From Promethearchaeota archaeon (GTDB lineage Archaea; Asgardarchaeota; Lokiarchaeia; Sigyniarchaeales; SOKP01), in the NCBI GenBank assembly GCA_019058295.1, contig JAHPZI010000008.1, positions 68,132 to 98,864 on the forward strand: a stretch of DNA of 30,733 nt. Reading direction: 5' to 3'. The notes under the pieces are model-generated. The model worked only from the letters and a program-made list of their open reading frames with translations, did not search any database and had not been told where the DNA came from. The position numbers were made by a program, and so were the translations under genes. Shown here one piece after another: positions 25,681-30,733 of this stretch (positions within the stretch are counted from its first letter, which is position 1; every line of letters begins with the position of its first letter).

Positions 25681-27177
25681 TTAATGTTTTCTTCTTAACT
25701 TATCTAAAAATTTATGTTCCGTTTTTCTCCTTATTAAGACGGCATAGATGAGCCCTATGGAAAAAAGTGTACAAATTCCTACTATAATATTAATTTCATA
25801 ATCTGGAAGCCATCCTAGACCTTCTGTATCATAAAATACCTCGCCAGTTTTAGAATCTCTAAAAACCTTACCCCCTGCAGCTCCCTGTTCACTATATGCA
25901 ATGACTATTTCCCAATCTTTTAGTTCATTATCTGGATTGTCTGGATCTACTTGACCATCTTCATATTCGAATTTAAGAGTTATAACAGTTCCATCGAGTT
26001 CTACATCTCCTTTCACTTTTAGATCAGGATTAAGACCTCCGATATTCGTCTCATAATCTTCACCATCAATATCAAAATCATCAATTACTGTCGCAAGATA
26101 TTTATCCGTTGGAGTATATGTTGGTAAACCCTCCATCATTAACATATAAAAGAAATTAAATTTTTCTGGAATTTCCTCATCAATAATTTCCCGTATTGCC
26201 AGTAATGCCTGTGTGCCTTCTTGAATAGGATTCTCTCCAGTTGGATTAAGAGCTGCATCTAAAACTACCGCTGGTAAATTATCCCCTCCTTCGGAAAGTC
26301 TAGGGCGTGGTATCCCTAATTCGTCTTCAAGTGTAGTGGCTATTGTCTTATTAATTTCATTCCAAAGACCAAAATCTTCATTCCTTAAATACGTAAATGA
26401 ATCATTAAAGGCATATATGGAATTTACTACTAAATCACTTCTATAATATAGCTCAGATTCTAAATCTTTTAATTTTTTATATGTATCGTACCAACTATGA
26501 GGGTCTGCCAAGAATGGGCCCCCACCTTTACTATCTGGTTTATCAGGAAAATCTCCTTCAATTCTTCTAGACCATCCTCTTGTTTCCACCATAGTACCGT
26601 CCAATTTTTCACCATATTTATTATTCACATAAGTCTGATCCATTGAATAATTTCGACAAAAATCTGTTGCAATAGAACCGTTTCCAACAACAGCGGACAT
26701 TGGAAGATCTCCTAATTCAAGAACGGAATTAATTACTCCCTCATATAGAAGAACTACTGCACCAAATCCACTTTCATTATCTCCAAGCCCATTTGTAGCG
26801 TCCATTATGTAACCAAAAACACTATTGAAATCTGTAATTTCTTCTATACTCTCAACATCGACATCTACGGTAAGTATATAGTCGGCAAAAAAATCAATTT
26901 CACATTCTTCCCAATCGACAAGTTTTCCCTTACTTTTTGCTCCAACAACGTCAGCATATTTCCCAAAAAAATCGTCTGGGTTATCAGCCCCCACTCCTAA
27001 ATGATCATCCCATTCATCCTCGTCGTATAATATTACTCGTGACTCTCCTTCAAGCTTCAGATCTCTAGTAATTTCAGGTACTCCAAATTTATAACCCCTC
27101 ACAGGTTTTGCCATAGAAAAAAAGCTAATGACAAAAATGAAAATAAAAAATACAAAATATATAATTTTTTTATTCAT
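25681..27177 (-). CDS. Acidic secreted cell-surface protein with C-terminal membrane anchor
   Basis: MNKK + hydrophobic signal peptide; Asp/Glu-rich body; LPDY + TM + RRK tail resembling the Loki-CTERM (IPGY-type) sorting signal. Confidence 0.8.
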   Translation of the reverse strand: MNKKIIYFVFFIFIFVISFFSMAKPVRGYKFGVPEITRDLKLEGESRVILYDEDEWDDHLGVGADNPDDFFGKYADVVGAKSKGKLVDWEECEIDFFADYILTVDVDVESIEEITDFNSVFGYIMDATNGLGDNESGFGAVVLLYEGVINSVLELGDLPMSAVVGNGSIATDFCRNYSMDQTYVNNKYGEKLDGTMVETRGWSRRIEGDFPDKPDSKGGGPFLADPHSWYDTYKKLKDLESELYYRSDLVVNSIYAFNDSFTYLRNEDFGLWNEINKTIATTLEDELGIPRPRLSEGGDNLPAVVLDAALNPTGENPIQEGTQALLAIREIIDEEIPEKFNFFYMLMMEGLPTYTPTDKYLATVIDDFDIDGEDYETNIGGLNPDLKVKGDVELDGTVITLKFEYEDGQVDPDNPDNELKDWEIVIAYSEQGAAGGKVFRDSKTGEVFYDTEGLGWLPDYEINIIVGICTLFSIGLIYAVLIRRKTEHKFLDKLRRKH

Positions 27178-27217
27178 TTTTAATTCATCAAGTATTATTT
27201 TTTTTTTTTAATTTATT

Positions 27218-30200
27218 TTATATTATTCTTTTTGTCCGCCTTTTAATTATTATCCATATAATTGCAATTGCGGCCGCGCTAGGTATCATAACGATTGCAA
27301 AACCAATATAAATATTAACAATAGGAACCTTGTCAGAGAGTATTTCATCAACATCATCCTCATAAGTTTTTACTGATTCAGCTTCTCTTAGAACTGTAAC
27401 TGTAATGTTAGCAGAGCAATAATATCCTGCGGCGTCGTAAGCTCTTATTTCAACATGGTAAATACCAAGTCGAAGTACGTTGGAAGTAATCGTACCGTCA
27501 TTATCAATAGCGAAGAATGCCGTGAAATTAATCCAATAACTACTTATTCCAACAAGATCGTTAGCGTCCACATCGTAATTAAATTCCGCTTTACCTTTCG
27601 ACGCTACGATTCTGACAGTCTGATTAGTCGGTACAACAACCCAGAATGGTTTTGTCCAGTCTAAAATAGTAATTGTAATAATGCTAACATTTTTATTATT
27701 AAAAATGTCAGACGCATTTATCATAAGCCCATATTTAACGTTACATAAAAGAACTGTGTTGTTAGTTATTACACCCTCTGAATCAATGGCAAAATTCGCT
27801 GTATCATTAATCCAATAATCCACATCTCCAGAAAAATCGGATGCATTCACATCATATTTAAACGGAAAGTAATAACCTATTTCCTGGTCTGTCGGCATTT
27901 GATCCCATGTTGGGCTTTCGGTGTCAAAAATGGTAATTGTAATAATGGCACTTGTTCGCATGGCTGAATTGTCATACACACTTATATTAAGACCGTAAAA
28001 ACCTATGGGCAAAGCGGTTTTGTTAGTTATTATACCGTTACCTGAATCAATGGTAAAATTCACCGTGTCATTAATCCAATAGTAGTCAATACCATCGGCA
28101 TCTGAAGCAGATACAGTGTAACTAAAGGAATACCCCAACTCACCTTGCTGATCCCTCGGAACAATTAACCAGACTGGATATTCTGTGTCTACAACCTCAA
28201 TCGTAATATTAGCGGAGGCATTATTGCTCCGCACAAATGGGTTACCATAATCACAAGCTCTCACTTCAAGCCCGTAATAACCTATGGACAAAGCGGTTAT
28301 GTTAATAATCGTACCATTATCTGGATAAATATAGAAGTTCGTCGTGTCATTAATCCAATATTCCATTATACCATTAAGATCGGTAGCATGCACAGTGTAA
28401 GTAAAGTTAGCCCCATACTGAACTTTAACATCTTCTGGCTGTGGATCCCAAGTTGGGGGTACTATATCTAAAAGTTGCCATGTTAATATCATGCTATCCT
28501 CTAAACTGAGTTTCAATCGAGCATATTCTCTTTTGCATTCCCATTCAGTAAAATTACCGAATACTGTTCTCGAAGGAAACGGATCTGTTTTTCCATTTAT
28601 ATTTGCATGATTTCCATAAATTGCCATTTCAGTAAAATTTTCATTATCGTTCCAATACCACGCAACATCTCCATATTTTTCTTGATTAAATAATTCCCAT
28701 GTTTCATTATATGGGACATATGACCAAGCACCTCCGGCACTAGTATGTACATATTCCCAATCACTCAATGGATTACCATCTCCCGCACCAGTACCAGTAC
28801 TATTAGTAATTAAAGAAGTATTATCATAATGACCTGCTATCGGACCTCCTCCGCTTACTAGACCATTAACAGTACCACCACCATCATCATCAGTTCCGTT
28901 AGGATAAATCTTTAATGGCCACGATTTTGCTTCATCTCTACATCGGAGTAAATCTGGAAGCCCAGGATCTCCATTTGGCGCTTGACCAAGTAATATATAT
29001 GCTTCTGGATCATTTCTAACACTGTTAGTAAAATTTTGCCCTGCTATAAATGCATAATGAAGCCCTGCCCTAATTTCCTGATCTGGGTCTCCAGTTGAAT
29101 AATCTGCGGATATCTCAATAGGGTCATCTGACGTCATATTAGCATAAAATTTGGAGGTAGAATGTGATAGCAACCAAATTTCTTCATATCCAAGGATGGC
29201 AGTTCCAAGCACACTACTATAAGTTCCAAGATCTACACCAAACATCGCTACTGTAAATTTGTCAATAATTACTCTACATGGACCATCAATAGCAGCTTCA
29301 TTTGAAGCACCTGAATGATTAACTACTCCTCTTAGAAAAGGTGCATTTTCGGCACTTGTTACATTATCATGATCTCCATCGTCACTAAATGAAATTGTAT
29401 CAATGCCAGTAATATAGTGATGAATATCTCTAATCTGGCCATGGGCTTGACCTCCAACACCAATATGACGATGACTATTATTATAATCATTATCTTGCCC
29501 TGGAAATGGATCTTCTATATTATTTAATTTTTCAAGATCAAGATCCATCTTAAGGTTGTAACCTATCGATGTATTTTGCTCATTGTATTGTAAGCGGTTG
29601 GGAGGGTACCCCCATTCTCCTTCCCTCCAAATATCATTACTATCATCTACATCAAAAATAGTAATTTCACTAAAGCTATATATTATACGCAAATTTAACG
29701 CTATCCATTGTTTCCCTGCTTCTGTATATAAAGGAGTTGGAGCAGAACCAGGTAAATTTACTGTTACATTAGATCCAAGGTCGTTATTATTCATATCTTT
29801 TGTGTATTCATAATTTTCGCCAAAAACTTTCAAATTATTTTTATCCCATGAAACAAAATCTTCTCCTCCCGGAGTGAAAAAATTAGTCGTTGGATCTTGA
29901 ACTGTCGAGCTTGAATTATAATATAAATACATCCAACTTTTCCCGCCATCAACAGGATCAAATAATTCAATTTCATATCGCTCTGAACATTTAGTAAGAT
30001 TCCAATTTGCAATATTTACTTTTTTTCCGTTCTGAGCATAAAAAACCAATTCATCATCATAATCTACCCTACGTTCGAGCTGATCCCATATTCCACCTGG
30101 AGCCTCTCTCGGGTCTAGTATTGGAGTAGGTGTTGGTCTTCCAGGATCAGAAGAGGTATCATTATCCTCATAATCGACGGGAATAGACTTATTGGCCCAG

Positions 30201-30733
30201 TTCTCTGCTAATCTAGTTGCCCAAATACCTTTTTCACATTCGTATTTTGTTGGTTCTTTGTAAGGGGCAGTTTCATTAGCATCTATATCCTTGCCTGCAT
30301 AGCGATGCTCTGCTATATATTGACCCCAATTAGTTAGGTCTATATACAAATAATTAGGAGATCCTAGTATAAACTCAGCCTGAGTACCTAGATTATATGT
30401 AAAACCTCTGAAATAGCCCTTTTCGTCTAACTGGAAAGGAACAAATTCCCATTTGTTGTCCATAGAATAGTAACCTATTCTAAAGTCATCGATAGAAAGA
30501 TTATTTAGTTCTGTCCATAATTCCGTGGCAGTTTCATTACTTAGAACTAAAGGATAATTAACCCGAGTCAAGTTTGGATCCCCCGCAGCGGCGATTAAAG
30601 GTTTTTTAAGGGGATATTCTTTTTGTTTAACACTAATTTCTGTGGAATCAAGATTAACATCTGGATTCGGATTATTTAACGTTAAAAATAGGATTGGAAG
30701 AAGAAATATACTAAGAATAAAGAGAATTATTGT
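27218..30733 (-). CDS. Large surface glycoprotein with four cadherin/Ig-like repeats (5' partial)
   Basis: The frame stays open from 30571 to the window edge (TIILFILSIFLLPILFLTLNNP..., a signal-like helix), so the start lies outside. Four D...P.W...P.D...Y.V.A.D...YWIN.T..F.ID..G.I repeats (~27390-28468), many N-x-S/T sequons, C-terminal TM + KRR. Confidence 0.85.
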   Translation of the reverse strand, partial: TIILFILSIFLLPILFLTLNNPNPDVNLDSTEISVKQKEYPLKKPLIAAAGDPNLTRVNYPLVLSNETATELWTELNNLSIDDFRIGYYSMDNKWEFVPFQLDEKGYFRGFTYNLGTQAEFILGSPNYLYIDLTNWGQYIAEHRYAGKDIDANETAPYKEPTKYECEKGIWATRLAENWANKSIPVDYEDNDTSSDPGRPTPTPILDPREAPGGIWDQLERRVDYDDELVFYAQNGKKVNIANWNLTKCSERYEIELFDPVDGGKSWMYLYYNSSSTVQDPTTNFFTPGGEDFVSWDKNNLKVFGENYEYTKDMNNNDLGSNVTVNLPGSAPTPLYTEAGKQWIALNLRIIYSFSEITIFDVDDSNDIWREGEWGYPPNRLQYNEQNTSIGYNLKMDLDLEKLNNIEDPFPGQDNDYNNSHRHIGVGGQAHGQIRDIHHYITGIDTISFSDDGDHDNVTSAENAPFLRGVVNHSGASNEAAIDGPCRVIIDKFTVAMFGVDLGTYSSVLGTAILGYEEIWLLSHSTSKFYANMTSDDPIEISADYSTGDPDQEIRAGLHYAFIAGQNFTNSVRNDPEAYILLGQAPNGDPGLPDLLRCRDEAKSWPLKIYPNGTDDDGGGTVNGLVSGGGPIAGHYDNTSLITNSTGTGAGDGNPLSDWEYVHTSAGGAWSYVPYNETWELFNQEKYGDVAWYWNDNENFTEMAIYGNHANINGKTDPFPSRTVFGNFTEWECKREYARLKLSLEDSMILTWQLLDIVPPTWDPQPEDVKVQYGANFTYTVHATDLNGIMEYWINDTTNFYIYPDNGTIINITALSIGYYGLEVRACDYGNPFVRSNNASANITIEVVDTEYPVWLIVPRDQQGELGYSFSYTVSASDADGIDYYWINDTVNFTIDSGNGIITNKTALPIGFYGLNISVYDNSAMRTSAIITITIFDTESPTWDQMPTDQEIGYYFPFKYDVNASDFSGDVDYWINDTANFAIDSEGVITNNTVLLCNVKYGLMINASDIFNNKNVSIITITILDWTKPFWVVVPTNQTVRIVASKGKAEFNYDVDANDLVGISSYWINFTAFFAIDNDGTITSNVLRLGIYHVEIRAYDAAGYYCSANITVTVLREAESVKTYEDDVDEILSDKVPIVNIYIGFAIVMIPSAAAIAIIWIIIKRRTKRII

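Noticed and set aside
837-30012. Short ORFs overlapping confident genes (837, 4942, 7519, 8017, 9548, 9696, 12258, 12990, 13300, 16540, 17108, 19022, 19092, 19923, 20259, 20692, 21160, 21558, 22170, 23177, 23837, 27455, 29583, 29830)
   Set aside because: Antisense or alternative-frame shadows of well-supported genes with no family motifs. The twin 67-aa ORFs simply mirror the 336-bp duplication.

Overview
AT-rich archaeal chromosomal segment, very likely from an Asgard archaeon of Lokiarchaeia/Promethearchaeia type. The lineage is inferred from archaeal ribosomal and transcription genes, stand-alone Roadblock/LC7 proteins, a longin-like C-terminus and Loki-CTERM-like surface-protein tails. 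In order: a SplB-like radical SAM gene, tRNA-Gly(TCC), nep1-rnp4-yhbY, the rps19e-PDCD5-rpl39e-rpl31e-eIF6-rpl20e-pfdA-ftsY-secE cluster (rpl39e is missing from the ORF track), dnaG, a Get3/ArsA ATPase, an M29 peptidase, DUF998, ahcY with a divergent tandem Lrp regulator, arcS-raSEA (archaeosine), gar1-tfb, a secreted beta-propeller protein with a near-perfect 336-bp duplication, an ABC-2 exporter, two Roadblock genes and two large surface proteins. The main discovery is an unannotated ~310-nt minus-strand RNA at ~25330-25643 with its own TATA box and U-rich terminator. It folds into three K-turn-capped hairpins, each followed by an ACA box, so it looks like a triple box H/ACA guide RNA. Two of its pockets predict pseudouridylation at the base of 23S helix 89 (E. 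coli positions 2496 and 2460), and 2496 is the site homologous to yeast Psi2865. The tfb gene also appears to need a non-canonical AUU start codon to keep its zinc ribbon. No mobile element, CRISPR array or rRNA is visible. All folds and alignments were done by eye, and rRNA targets rely on recalled conserved sequences that are not in the window.
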